In this document: positions 1 to 13,695 of the stretch, one piece after another
Numbering within the stretch: the stretch's first letter is position 1
Layout: each line of letters opens with the position of its first letter
Source: Octopus sinensis
Lineage: Eukaryota
Direction: 5' to 3'
Length of the DNA: 64,000 bases
Assembly (NCBI RefSeq): GCF_006345805.1
Contig: NC_043006.1
Coordinates: 99,262,001 to 99,326,000, forward strand
Position numbers and translations under genes: made by a program
The notes under the pieces: generated by a model
What the model was told of the DNA's origin: nothing
Database searches by the model: none
What the model saw: only the letters and a program-made list of their open reading frames with translations

Positions 1-1539
1 CGTCTTTCCATAAAATGTATCTTTCCTTGAAACAAGGAATTAATGAAGGGTGTCTGTTAAATTGTGTTCCAGTCTGTGGTATTTAGACTCATGTAACGTG
101 TTTAATTGACTGTCTTAGCGATACATACGGTTTAGTAGCGAACATAATCCACAAAGTGGATGGAGATTTGCAATATAAATCTTGTATATGGCCCAATTTG
201 TTAAAAAACGCAAGATAATTTTTTATTAGGTTACACAATATTTCTTGCGAAGATTTATTTAAATTACATAATGTAATTCTGTGAATGAAGTTCAAGAAGA
301 ATGAATTGATGAAGTTTGCAGCACTCTTAATCGTATGTTAGCCAATAAAGGCGGACATGAAAATAATCGAAATAAAAATAATATTCATATCATGTATTTT
401 CATACATAGAAATACAGTTATAAATGGCTTAAATACAAAATAACAATGTTCCTTGAACAGCGTCAAATATTGTTCAGAAAGCAAAATACTAAAAAAGTAT
501 GGGACTGAATAACTGCTAGGAAGATGGCAATGTTTCATCGTTTGCTGTGTGCCTACAACTTCCTTAGTTTATGGAATTTCATTAATTTTGATAGCTTTTA
601 ACATGTAAACTGAAGGTGTGTGTAAGAGATTTCATGAAACTAAAATAAAATACAGATAAGTAAAAATTGTTACAGAGTTCTTTTTGACTAGATACAAACA
701 TAATTCCCAGAACCTAGACGTATTTATGTGGGGATATTTATGATGATAGTGAACACAAATGCAGAATTTATGCAGATACAGACTAGTACACCTATAAAAT
801 ATCGTTATTCTCTCCTCAAGAATTTCTGCCAATTCATTACCTAGAGAATTCTAAAAATACTTCATTGCCAAATAGTATTTGTTTTCCGTTATTGATCCTG
901 TATTTTCATGCAATATATTTCGAACTTTCATTGAAGAAATAATCTTATCGGCATGAGGCAAGTTCCGGAACACATACTTCAAGAAGAAGAAAATACTAAA
1001 TATAGATCAGTTGAACTTTCTGGATTACGTTTCTAAAGATATCGAGCCGTGTAATACCTGAGAGACTTACCTAACATACTCATGCTTCCTAACACTCTTC
1101 TTTGTAATTTCTATATGATTAAATATTCAACATCTATTCACATCATAGGTGAACAGCATATAATTTTGAAACAATTTTGATACACGCAGATAATTATAGA
1201 TACACAATCAGAAACACATATATTTTTCTATGCATATATATGTATGTGATTGTGTGTGTGAGTGTGCGTGTATGTATGTATACATGCATGTGTGTTTGTG
1301 TGTGTGAGCGAGTGCGTGAGTTGTTGCGTGAGTTTATCACTTGATGCTGGTTAGAATTTCTTGCCAACGCCGTTGTTCTCGTCCGTTGCAATAAGTTTCC
1401 ATTAGTTCAGCTCCACGTTAACTTTAATGTTCCTGTTTTTCTTTAGGCGGTGGGTTGTCTCAGTTGTAGCACAAAATATTGAAGCAGGAGAATGTTTTCA
1501 ACTCTCACTTGATCTTTGAAATTTTTCAGATTACTTTAA

Positions 1540-1672
1540 TATCAGTATTGTCTTAGAGGGGTCTTGAAACTCTACACAATAAATGGAAGAATATTATAGA
1601 AAATGGAGGAGAATATATTTTGAGAAATAAGAAGTATAAAAAAAAACGCATTATTTATGGGATGACTCAATA
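1540..1672 (+). mobile_element. mariner 3' end remnant
   Basis: Degenerate translation resembles the mariner C-terminus (G-x-E-x-L-x-x-KWxNIIENGGEY), followed by a TIR-like end CGCATTATTTATGGGATGACTCAATA. Confidence 0.45.
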
Positions 1673-3261
1673 TATATTCTCGTGCTGTGTTGCTAACGTA
1701 TCGCAGTGAGATGTGTAAATTCTATAATAATATGCATTGCTCCTGTCTTCTAGTACTTTCTAGACTATTGAGGAACTTTGTGTATGACTAAGAATTTGTA
1801 TCCTTGTGTATAGTGTGTTTGTATGTTTGCATTCCTGCTTGAACTATGATTTTGTTTTCATTAAAATGTTGTAACTGATGTTTTGAAAAGACTACATTTA
1901 GTATTTACTACTTCATGTATTGTTAAGTCAGCTTTATACGTGACTGGTATACAACTGAAGTAGATGAGCAGCTGTAACAATAGTAGTGTAAGTATTTGTG
2001 TGTGGCGGATTATCTAGGTACGTATCTGTGCGTATGCTTTCACAAATTGTGGCAAATGTCTTGTATATGCGAATATATGCAGTAAATTATTTAGTAAATG
2101 GAAATCAAGGAAAATAGGAAATGGTTTTGTAAAAAAACAAAACAGGCCTGTTGACGTGAGTAACGTTTTTAGTGTTGGTTAGCGCTGTGTTCTGTAGTAT
2201 ATATTTAGTTCCATAACTAGGAATAGCTTTGAAAATTATACTGATATCAAAGTCAATTACAATATTGCTTATTTTTAAATTTGCTGTTAGACTATCATAA
2301 AACCTCTTCGATATATTTGGGGTAGAATAATCTTCAATCGTAATCATTTGAACCGGCATGCAAAAAGGGGGTTATCTAAGTCACAACTATTAAAGAATCA
2401 TTTTTTAAAACTTTATCAGCAATTTACAGAGGCTTGTAGCTTCGAAACGTACAATCTCTTGCATTTTTCTTGCATTTCAAAGATATAAAGATATTTCGCA
2501 GAATCCTTCTTTTGAGAAATTCCCAAATATGGGAATGCTGGTAGTTCATATTATGTCCCTCTTCCCAAGTTGACGACATAAGTAATTATATTTCATAATT
2601 GCATTATTTTCATAGACTTCCTGGTTTTTAATTCTCCTTTTGCACCTTATACGATCTAGGATGATTTTTCTCGATGCACTCTGTCCTAATAAGTATTGCT
2701 GTGAAAGCTGGTGATTATTACTTGAATTGATAGTTAGCTAACTGCAGTTTTAAGTTAATTTTGTATGGAAGAAATGTAATGATGATTTGTACAGCTGATT
2801 TGAGTTCGTGAATACTATATTAATTCTTTTAAACGCTCATGACACAGATATACTTTTAAGGTCTTTCTTGTAGTGGCTGTGGACATATCATTTGATTTAT
2901 CGTTCTAATATGGAATATGGCGAGGCCATCGACCATATTTATAAGTATATAGCGATCCAACATCAAGATGTTTCACAGAATTCGGATACATATATTTGTA
3001 GCTTAATTTGTTTCTCATCACTTTCTTTCACTTTGTGTTCCTCTGTTGCATGTTGATAACTTCCAATATCACAGTACTTAGGGTATATCTAAGGCGGTGC
3101 TCTTTTGCAATACGTTGGTGTTGTGTTGTATCATTAAAATGTTGACATCTTCTTTGTGGGCTCGAAACTTTAAAAAATCTCCCACCTTCCAGAACGTCAA
3201 ACTAATACACCTACCTGTCGTTTATAAAAATGTCTTCCGCTTCTGTTTTTCTGTAAATTTC

Positions 3262-3309
<48 letters not shown>

Positions 3310-3351
3310 GTATATACATATATATTATAATATAATATAATATAATGCGTA

Positions 3352-3392
<41 letters not shown>

Positions 3393-6300
3393 GTGTGTGT
3401 GTATGTATGTGTATTTTCGTGCACTATGTACCTGTGTATGTATACGACAGCATTATTGCACTTCGTTTTGGCGTTCCTGAATATGGCCAATCCTTATGTT
3501 TATTAGTGGAAAACATTACATTTAAATATTAGCTAATGCTAACAAAACGCTTCGTTTGATAATTTGCGTATGCGTGTATTATGAAGACGACGGGATGGTG
3601 TTTAGAGTAGGTGTTATGTAGATCATTGACATTACCTATGTTCAATGTAGTTACGTAAAAGAGTAAGTGATATCTAAGGAAGACTTATTCTAATTAAAAT
3701 TGCTGGGATACCTATGTGCTCAAAGGAATTGTTTGAAATTTATTTATTTATATTGAATTCACCCACATTGACTGTTTGGTTGAATATTAGTGTTATTTTA
3801 GTTGGGGTATTTCACATGGGTGAACGTTTTGCATCTTTGTTAATATGAGATAAATATTTATTAACGATTCACCTAGCCAAATGTTTAATTTTGACTCTGG
3901 ATTTTTACATATGTTTTTTCCAAGACATACTTGCTTGTGAGTGTTGTTTGTGCTTTCTATAATTTATTGAATGCTTCCTAAGAATGCCATGAGTCATTAT
4001 CCGTGGTGAATTCTTATAGCTATTTCCCTCTATATTGTGTAATTTATGAAAAGAGAGATGATTGTCCTTATGATGTATATGTAAAACTATGTATTGGACT
4101 GCTGAGACAAATCAAGTCATTAATATTCAACTTACTTTGAGTAATGTCTTTCCATGAGATGGTAATATTGCGTGCAAATTTCTTCAATGCCTTCGCGTAT
4201 ATTCAGTAAAGCTCCCCACCGCCGAGATTTATAGTCATATCACCCGGAAGCGCTCCACTTGGAGAATAATTGTGTGTCGAATCTACAAGATTTTACCGAC
4301 ATTCCCTTTACAACTGTTCCTTCTTCATGTGAGACCTACTGTAATCATAATTCCTTTATTCAATATATCTACACATACATATTCATGACTGCAGAATAAC
4401 CTCATTTTTTTTCGAATAAACCTTATTTCTTTTCTGCCAGGCTATTCAGCACCACCGGTGGTGTTATGATGATAGACGTTAACACCTCTGTGTGATGAAA
4501 AGAGGGACTCGTTGAACTCTTATAAAGAGTAACGTTATCGCTGAGACGACTGAGATGGTTTGCAGTCTTGCATAGCAATTGTCGAAGTACGTCTTTGAGT
4601 ATTTGCTTTACCCCTGATTCGTTTAAATAATATATCCAAAACACAAGGACGTAAAAGTTAGCGAACTTTCCTTATTGCATTATGTCAGGGCGTTATTTAA
4701 CAACTTCAAAATCTGTTCTAATAACCTTTATAGTTTGGGGTGTGGATATGTATTAAATGATGTTGATTATGTAGTACCATGAGTGTTGATCATAATCTGC
4801 TGACACTATTGGTGGTGTATATATTGGATTAGTATAGAGATTAATTACATCGTATCCGGTAACTTTCAGGTAAATATTGATCGAGAAAAAAATGCTTACA
4901 CTCAATCTATGCAAAACCTACCTGTCTGATGTCCGAGGTCATGCGACTGACTGTAATCTATTTAATTTTCGCTGTAGTTATATACAGTCAATATATTACG
5001 AAAAGGCGTAATGGATTTAATTCAGGATTGAAACAGCAACTCTGAAACCAAATGATACAAATATGTCCCGAATCTCGTAGTCTACAGATCTCAATGGAAC
5101 ATGAATCATTCCGTACAAGTAAAATTTTGACAGTAAATCCAGTTTATCGGAATCTATTCATCAAAGTTGTCTTATGTCCAACATATCAAACAGAAGGAGA
5201 GGAAATGGAGAACCATAATATCGAAAAGTGTCGTTAGCTACATTACAATGTTACACGTAATTTCATATGCACCAATTTAAAAGTTGGCATCAATCGTTGT
5301 AGAACTACGAATACAATAACAATATATTGTGGTTAACGTAGCTTAGCAGAGTAAAAGAAAACAAAGAAAATATCGGAAACGATAGAACCAGTATTAGCCA
5401 GATTTCAACCAATGTTCTTTGTTTGGATTTAAAATAAATTGTTCTTTCTTGTAGAGGAAATTCAAAGGAGATCTACACAAATTGTTTATTCTTTGTACAG
5501 AATGTAATAATTTCTTCACTAACTGAACATCCAATACACTCAAGTTTGATGCATAATGCTTACATGCCTTGCGTAGGAAATGAAAATGTCTTTCACAAAT
5601 TGTGAAGACTATAGAAGTTTCAATTTCCTCAACAAATTATACCATACCCTAATTCAATATTTGTTTAGTGAATGCATTGACATTTTAACAAAAGAAAAAT
5701 GAGTACTTGATGAATGTTTTCAAACGTAACATCCAATAGCTATCCAGTTTGGGAGAATGTGTGTAGTGTTTTTAAATTCACGTCTAAATTAGTACATACG
5801 GTTATTGTCAATAATATTGTGATATTTGTTTCTGTGATTTGCCCTACACAGAATGTTTATTTGGAGTGCGCTCTAAGATACGCTTATCTAGAATTGATTC
5901 AACTAATTCAACAAAAGATTGAAACGCATTTCAAAGCTTAAAAATGGCTAGTGAAAGGATATAATGATAGTTCTCGGATAATGACACTTCGGTATCACCT
6001 TAAGCAGTGCTTATTCAAGAATGGCATTTATATGTATTGGCATGAAAAGAATATTACTTAATTCAATGTAAAGTGGATTATGGCAGAACGATTAAGAAGC
6101 TCGGTTCGCAATAAAGATGACCCGTGTTCAGTCCCACTGCGTGCCATCACGCACAAATGTTAATTGATTTTCTGGTTGAAACTACGTAAATAGAAAAATT
6201 ATTAGAAGACCATCATATACAACCCACATGCCGTTCGAAGTTACTGCATTATCACATGCTCTGCCACTGATCCTGGTTGTAAATTATGATAATAATAGCA

Positions 6301-6564
6301 ATAATAATACTGTCTTTCGAAGTAATTACAACTTGGATTCTACGAGGTATGGACTCGTACAAATTTGAATTTTTTCGAAAGGAATATTTGTCCATTCTTC
6401 AGCTAAAACAGTCTCCAGTTCTTGTAATGATAGTAGTGGAGGATAATGACTCTTGACTTGACTTTCTAAAATGCAACATAAATGTTCAATAATACTGAGG
6501 TCTGGTGACAGTGGTGGTTAAGAGAAGAGGTTCCACTTCACTAGAATGATAGCCGTGTATCAAC

Positions 6565-7492
6565 TCTAGCTGTGTGAATTGGTGCATTATCTTCCTCAAA
6601 GAATGCGTTTCCCCCCGGAAACAGTTCCGCAACCATATGATGAACTTGATCGGATAAAATGCTTAAATAGTTTTCACTATTAATTCTGCTGTAAGGGGAA
6701 ACCATTGGGCCGAGGATTTCCAAGATATAGCACCTCAGATCATCACAGATCCTCCTCCATGTTTAACATTTGAAAGAAAACTGTTTGGGTCAAAATCTTC
6801 TTTTGTCTGTCTCCCCGTGTATACTCGGCCGGTGGTCGGAAATAAGGTAAAGGATGACTCGTCCGAGAAAATAACATACTTTGAATGCTCTAGGGACCAA
6901 TTCTGTAGGTTTTTATTCCACTCTAAAAGCTTTCTTTTCGAAAGTAGTGGTCTTCTGATTGCAGCCCTCCTGTGAAATCCGGCTTTGTACAGCTCCTGGC
7001 GAAGAGTTTCTGTAGATACTGGCTTCTCGAAGTGGTCATTAATCTCTGCAGTGACTTTGGGATCTGAACTTTTGTGATCCTTTCTAACAATTCGCATAAA
7101 ATTTTGACGGTCTCTTTCTGAAAGTTTGGTTTTCTTCCGGAGTTTTGTTTCGACGAGGAGTTTTTTTTCCCTCTTTCTCAAAGGCTGTCATTACTTTCGA
7201 GACAGTACTTTTTGATACACCAAACATTTCCGTTGTTTCCGTTATGCTAGCGCCTGCCATAGTAGCACCAACAATTTGACCTCTTTGAAAGTCCGATAGA
7301 TCTGTCAATTTAATGAAATTGTAATTACCGTTTTCTGATGATATCTGAGAAGAAACAGCAATTTTAGGGGAAGACATCAAGCAACACTGATAATAAATTT
7401 TAAAAAAATAAATAAACAAGCTTTGACAGTTTTATAGATATTTCAGAATTATGATGTTATGTTGCTGTTTCCACTATTTTATCCAACCCCTG
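6565..7492 (-). mobile_element. Tc1-family DNA transposon, degenerate and 3'-truncated
   Basis: Three overlapping frames give TDLSDFQRGQIVGA..., VIFSDESSFTLFPTTGRV, VKHGGGSVMI and FEEDNAPIHTAR (first two catalytic Asp regions). A Tc1-type TIR start CAGGGGTTGGATAAAATAGTGGAAAC ends at 7492. The start codon is mutated to TTG, and the third catalytic residue and right TIR are missing. Confidence 0.9.
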
Positions 7493-9437
7493 AATAAATG
7501 GGAAAAAACGTTTTGAAAATTGTTGATACGTGTGGTGAGCTTTCAAACTCATTATCCCGTTATTCTTCTTTCCTCAGCCCGGCCAGTCAATAAGGCAAAT
7601 ACATAAAGTTTTATTCTATTTGTAACTCACTAGGAAACACATTGTTCCATATTGAGAGATTGAATTCCCAGAACGACTCTAATATTAGTGCATCTGTTCA
7701 ATATGGAATAATACCGAACCTGGTTTTGTGGATACTACATTAATGTGTTAATATCCGATTAATTTACAATTCGTAAATATCAATTCAACTATATACGTAA
7801 ATTAATTTCCTCTCCAATTCATCGAATTGCTTCTTTTGTGACACAATCAGAAAATTTTATTAGAAATGTATGTATAACTTTAATGACAAACAAAAAATAC
7901 AATTAAATGGAGAGGCTAGCTAGTCTATCGTTCTGTCACGTATAATTAACAATCAAGTGTCCACAAAATCATACACTAGTAACTTAAAAATTATACCAAT
8001 TTGAATATGTGCTATGCTTGAAAACAAAACAGGAGGATGAATGTTTAAATTATCTCCATTAAGGTTTTAACCGAGTAGTGATGCAGAAGCTAAACAACCG
8101 CGCCGCAGTAAATATAAACTTCTGATGTCCAGATTGAGTATCATATTTAATTGGAATACGATTATGACGGCGTGCTGTAGCATTGTGCATAGCTATGTCG
8201 ATTGCGTTCGACAAGCGGAAGTTTTAGCTTTTAGTTTCATGTTTAAAATGTAAATTTGGAATTCTGCTTTAAGCACCTCATATAACCTCTCATAACTTTT
8301 TTCAAAAATGCTTTTACGGATCGGCGTTCTACAAACAGGGATTCATACTATTATGAGAGAAAAACAAAGAAAACTGCTGCATTTTTAGCTCATCTCATGA
8401 CCACCATCTAATCTACTTTTTCTTTGTCAGTCTGAAGTATTGATGTTTTTCAAAATCTTAGTTCCCATAAACACATGTAAAGGCATATTCCTGGGATTTA
8501 AGCGAAAAGTTCGGAATCTCCGTATTTTAAACTGTAATTAAAAAAAAAATGTTCTCAAGTTAAAAAAAAATAAATTATAAATTTAGAAACATTTTTTTTT
8601 TGTTTTTTATAATCTTGTAAATTTCCGTGTGTAGAATACAAATTTGCCAAAAAGTTCTGAAAATTCAAAAACAAAACAAGTCGTGAGGGGTTATATGGCG
8701 TGCTCAAAGTAGAAATTTGCCAAACATGTCTCTGTCACATTCGTTCAAGTACATTAAAACTTCTTGTAATTAAACAAGAACACAGGATGTTTGCCTGGTG
8801 GGATTTTTGTTGTTGTTCACAAAATGTTTGCCTGAAGCGGTTTTTATTGTACGTCTATAGCAGATTCAAAATTGAGAGCGGCGCAATCACATTCTTTGCA
8901 CACACTTTGCACTCCTAGAAAGATGGAGGCATATGCTTTAGAGTTTCGATATTGTCGCTCCACCTTCGTTAGCTCATGGACTCGATAACTGGACTGATTG
9001 ACATGTCGTACCTGCTGCATGTCCTTCATTTTACGTCACCAGTAAACTCAGCAGAATATAGGTACCATATACACATAGCAAGTAACACTAACTGGGCAAG
9101 GCGTAACTTTGAGAGACAGTATTGTACTTTCATCCGAAATAGATATACATATGGGTCTTAAGCTTCCAGGCGGATTATAGGAGGTAATGTTAGCTATTAA
9201 GTCTTTATTAATTATAAGAGATAGAATATTATTTTCCGATTGATATATTATATATTCATCTTAATATAACTGGATTATTATTCGACCGCCATTTTCCCCG
9301 AAAACAGATGTTTTAAGTCAACTGTGAATGGGAGGAATTGTTTAGGAGCGTAAAAGTAGCCTGGTTATTTACTAAAATCATATGAATATCCTTTACATTT
9401 ATTTCGTCTGACTTCCCAATTTCACTCCCTCTATGTG

Positions 9438-9486
<49 letters not shown>

Positions 9487-10165
9487 TTGTGTGTGTATGT
9501 TTGTGTGTGTATGCGTGCGTTTGTGCGTTTATGCGTACGCATGTGTGTGCGTGGCGTGTGTGTTTGAGCCAATGCTACTTCTGGTTGAGTAAATGCTACT
9601 TGAGGTCATTTTCATTTTAATTTAGGTTTCCTCCTTCCACCAAAACCACATATAATTACAGTCTTTCGTGATTCGAACAATTCTCAATATTTTTACTCCT
9701 TTGAAAATTATTTTTTCAAAGCATATTCAACTTAAAGTTAACATCGATGTCGGCAATTATTTCTCGATATATACTGACCTATATCTAACCAATAATTATC
9801 TCCCGAGTACAGCTTAAACAATAGTGATACGCCTTGTAAGCCTTGTTTCTCCTACTTCTTTATGCACAAAATATATTATTATCCTCTTCGACGCAACTAA
9901 ATTTCTATTTATCTTCATATGTCAGGAACGCGTGAGTATACAATCTATATTAATAAATATTTGCAAAAGTGTACCTTTTCATGCCGCAATTCAAAAGGCC
10001 CGTAGGTCGAAACTAGGGAGTGACATCAATTTTGAACCATAAATTCTTTCTAAATTCCTTATAAACTTTCTCCTCAGTAGACTCATTACGCAAATTTTTG
10101 CATATCAAAGCGCATTTCTTTTAAGGAAAATTTGAAATTGTTTAAATATAGTTTGCTCCTTGGGA

Positions 10166-10548
10166 TGGAAGCACTCCGTCGGTTACGACGACGAGGGTTC
10201 CGGTTGATCCGATTAACGGAACAGCCTGCTCGTGAAATTAAAGTGTAAGTGGCTGAGCACTCCACAGACACGTGTACTCTTAACGTAGTTCTCGGGGATA
10301 TTCAGCGTGACACAGAGAGTGACAAGGCCGGCCCTTTGAAATACAGGTACAACAGAAACAGGAAATAAGAGTGAGAGAAAGTTGTGGTGAAAGAGTACAG
10401 CAGGGATCACCACCATCCCTGCCGGAGCCTCGTGGAGCTTTAGGTGTTTTCGTTCAATAAACACTCACAACGCCCGGTCTGGGAATCGAAACCGCGATCC
10501 TACGACCGCGAGTCCGCTGCCCTAACCACTGGGCCATTGCTCTTCCAC
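10166..10548 (-). mobile_element. tRNA-headed SINE (head A, tail X)
   Basis: On the minus strand: A-box TGGCCCAGTGGTTAG and B-box GTTTCGATTCC. The head and about 130 nt of body are shared with 10956-11262; the tail is shared with 23897-24155. Confidence 0.85.
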
Positions 10549-10669
10549 TTTGCTTCTTAGCAATATACATACAAGATGCTTATGTGAATAAAAAACTAAT
10601 TTCCCACGAAATTTCAACTTTTCAATTAAAGCACTAGCAACAATTCATTTGCTGTATATGACATGCTTC

Positions 10670-10862
10670 AAATTTTGGCACAGTGCCAGCAATTTCGGGA
10701 AGGGTTTCGTGTATCAGACTCACTCCAATATTTTACTGGTAATGAAATGAAAATGACCACGAAAGGATGAAGTCAAAATCGTCCTCGGCGAAATTTAATT
10801 TTGAGCGAAAGGACAGTAAACATCTTGTTACTTTTGCTAACGATTCTGCCAGCTCCACGTCT
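10670..10862 (-). mobile_element. degenerate SINE, head C family (GAGCTGGCAGAATCGTTAGC)
   Basis: Homologous to 23580-23785, 53245-53440 and the SINE split by the Tx1 LINE. Confidence 0.6.
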
Positions 10863-10955
10863 TAAACTGCGTATGAAATATTAAGTTCTGTATTGTAGCG
10901 AAACCACAAATCAGTGATAATTTACGATTCCTTTTGACATTATATTGTAAATCAC

Positions 10956-11262
10956 ATCACGTGATCACCGTGACTGACCAGGCTATCATATGTTGCTACA
11001 CATCGCTGGTCACAATGCGTTCGCATTGTTTTAGCCTTCGAATGACGCCACCCCGCTGGCTAAGCGAGCAGGCCAACAGAAGAAAGAGTGAGAGAAAGAG
11101 TGGTGAAAGAGTACAACAGGGATTACCACCCCGTGCCGGAGATCGTGGAGCTTTTAGGTGTTTTCGCTCAATAAACACTCACAACGCCCGGTCTGGGAAT
11201 CGAAACCGCGATCCTACGACCGCGAGTCCGCTGCTCTTACCACTAGGCCATTGCGCCTCCAC
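10956..11262 (-). mobile_element. tRNA-headed SINE (head A, different tail Y)
   Basis: Near-identical head to 10166-10548, then an unrelated 3' tail ending in GTCACGGTGATCACGTGAT. Confidence 0.85.
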
Positions 11263-11570
11263 ATATTGTAAATACTTATTAAATCAACATTGAAAATGCT
11301 GTAACAAGAAAATAATGTGACACTTATATCACATTCAAAACTCACACGCATTTGAAAACACCTCTTTTATAAGCCGTTTAATTCTTTTAAAACAGACGTG
11401 TGCCAGGTTTGCAAAGTATATGATTTATATCCCTATAGTAAAGCTCCTTTCACATCTGCTTACAAATATTTATAAGAAGATGTAACATATAAGATAAATT
11501 ACACAATACTCCCGTATGCTATCCTAAACTGCTTCAGCCTCAGCCACACGCATATATGTATGTACGTATG

Positions 11571-11601
<31 letters not shown>

Positions 11602-12486
11602 GTATACATACATGCATGTATGTACTTATATATGCAAGTATGTATACATGTACGTATGTATAACTGTATGTATGTATTTGTTTGGAGGTGAATATTGTGT
11701 TTTTCTGTATTGCTGTGTCTCCATAACAGTTTGCCTGGATTCGGAATTCAAGTTGAATTTGGAATTTAAGCTCAAATCATTTGCACACTACTTGATTTTT
11801 TTTAGAATGAGCCTGTTGCCATACATGCATCCATACATACATTAAAACATATTTTGTACTTGTGGATGATCATTTCTTGTCAATTAAAAATACGCACTAC
11901 GCATGATCTTCACTTTCTATACGGATTATTTAAATTTATACATCCGTCATGCTTCTTTCGTCACATGTACTATATATAAATTTGTTTGCATTTCATTGTC
12001 TACTTATTTAATGCCATATCCACATAAGGGCAAATATTAGCAACAATAAAGAAACGTAATTAGTTTTTATTGTGTCTAATTTAGACTCAATTCAAACGTT
12101 ATACAGAGGATTTAAATATTTCATCCCACCGACACTACTCCATAACCGGTACAATATTTAATGATATACGAGTGAATGAACAACAAATTTAACCACGTGA
12201 ATATTGGAATTCCGATGTAAAATACGGGAGAAATATCTAAAAGATTTGAAATGACTTCGTCTGAGAAAATCATGTATGATATAGAGATATAAATGAAATT
12301 ACTATCCATTTTCTCTTATCAATCTCTCTCTTTCATTTGCTTCTGTCTTCTTTCCTCTCCCACTCTCTCTCTCTAGTATACACACATATCTATATATCTA
12401 TTTATCTAGATAGATAGATAGATCGATAGTTAGATAGACAGATAGATACATCCATACATATAAACATACATAAAAACATACATACA

Positions 12487-12528
<42 letters not shown>

Positions 12529-12974
12529 ACGGCATAGATTTGTGTATTAAGTGCCAGGGAATAGTGAGGGAGAATAGGTAAGTTGAAGCGAACAAGAAAA
12601 GTCTATTAGATACATAGAATTAGTTAATTATTCTGCTCACATAAATGAATGAAACATGTCAGATGCTAATACCAAAGCCGATCACATGTTATTACTGATT
12701 CACAAGGAGGTGAACAAATGAATTTACTTTAGTTTCCTGTACTTGTTAGAAGAAAGATTATATATTTAAGACTGCCTGCTCGTTCCAATGTTCAATCATG
12801 CATTTTGCTCTAATCTGAGATACTGGTTAATTCACGTCGTGAATAAAATAATATAGTGGTATGGACCTCTCTCCAGACGAATCTCTTGAACTCTAAATAT
12901 ATTATGATTTATTATGGACATTTGAACATACATGATACTACTCACACATTTCCCCAGTATATATATATATATAT

Positions 12975-13600
12975 ATATATATAATAAATTAGAGATAAAA
13001 CCACTATTAGGCAAATCAAACAGTAAAAAACATAAACCAAAATATAAAAATAAAAATAAAAATAATTAATATAATTTACAAAATATATAAAATGTACAGT
13101 TTAAAATTTAAATTATTGAAATTTAAAATTATTAATTAATATTTATATTTTTTTTATAATTATATATAACTATCAAAAAGTATTAAAAAGTTTATTAGAA
13201 GATAAGTAAAACCACTACGTACGTTTCATGGCCATGACCTAATTCGAATTAGAATAATTTAAATTCAATTATAAATTCGAATTATGGTTATAGTCAATCT
13301 TAAGTTTAATGATAATAGTTAAATAAATAAGCAAATATATTTAAACAATATTATTTAAGAATAAATGAAATAATAATTTTTCTTGTAAAAAAATTATTAT
13401 CAAACTAGAAACTTTAATGATTATGATTATGTCATACAATGCAATTATAATGTTAAATATAAATTTTTAAGGCAAAGATAGATAGAAAATGTATTTGTCT
13501 ATTCAGTTAAAAAAACATAATAAACTCAAGAATAACCTAATCTCAGTTATAGTCAATATCTAATTACCTAATTATTTAACAAAAAAATAATCAAATATAT
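12975..13600 (-). repeat. very AT-rich interspersed repeat with a degenerate hammerhead-like motif (probable Penelope-type pLTR derivative)
   Basis: Second copy at 55233-55690. Flanked by (TA)n. Minus strand reads CTTAAGA...GAAACGTACGTA-GTG (13213-13304). Confidence 0.55.
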
Positions 13601-13610
13601 ATATATATAT

Positions 13611-13695
13611 TACTGTCAGGTCGCTCTAGAGTGCTACTGGTAACATGTAATCCAGTACAACCTCTTGCATGGTCGGGACGTCGGCGACTAAACTG
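13611..13695 (+). ncRNA. candidate HDV-like ribozyme core
   Basis: P3/L3 ACC-TCTTGCAT-GGT (13660-13673), putative P1 3' strand CGGGACGTC, GG, minimal P4, J4/2 CTAA (13688-13691) and P2 CAGT/ACTG. The P1 5' strand is poorly matched in this copy. Confidence 0.4.

Noticed and set aside
2420-2460. GAGGC-TTGTA-GCTTC-GAAACGTA-CAAT, the right half of a hammerhead-like motif
   Set aside because: No recognisable CUGANGA upstream; at best a decayed copy, so not counted.
3097-3490. ORFs with YIYIYI, CVCVCV, LLLLL, NNNN or IIII runs here and throughout the window (e.g. 22099-22483, 34540-34939, 51313-51718, 55686-56152, 59687-60264)
   Set aside because: These are translations of microsatellites, not genes.
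4136-4335. Minus-strand frame with one in-frame TGA ending at a GTAAGT donor (selenocysteine or readthrough idea)
   Set aside because: The acceptor is purine-rich, the peptide is not recognisable and no SECIS is visible; compatible with chance.
4441-4586. Strong plus-strand acceptor (polypyrimidine tract + CAG) with a downstream GTACGT donor
   Set aside because: Stops occur in all three frames; it could be a UTR or non-coding exon but there is no support without RNA data.
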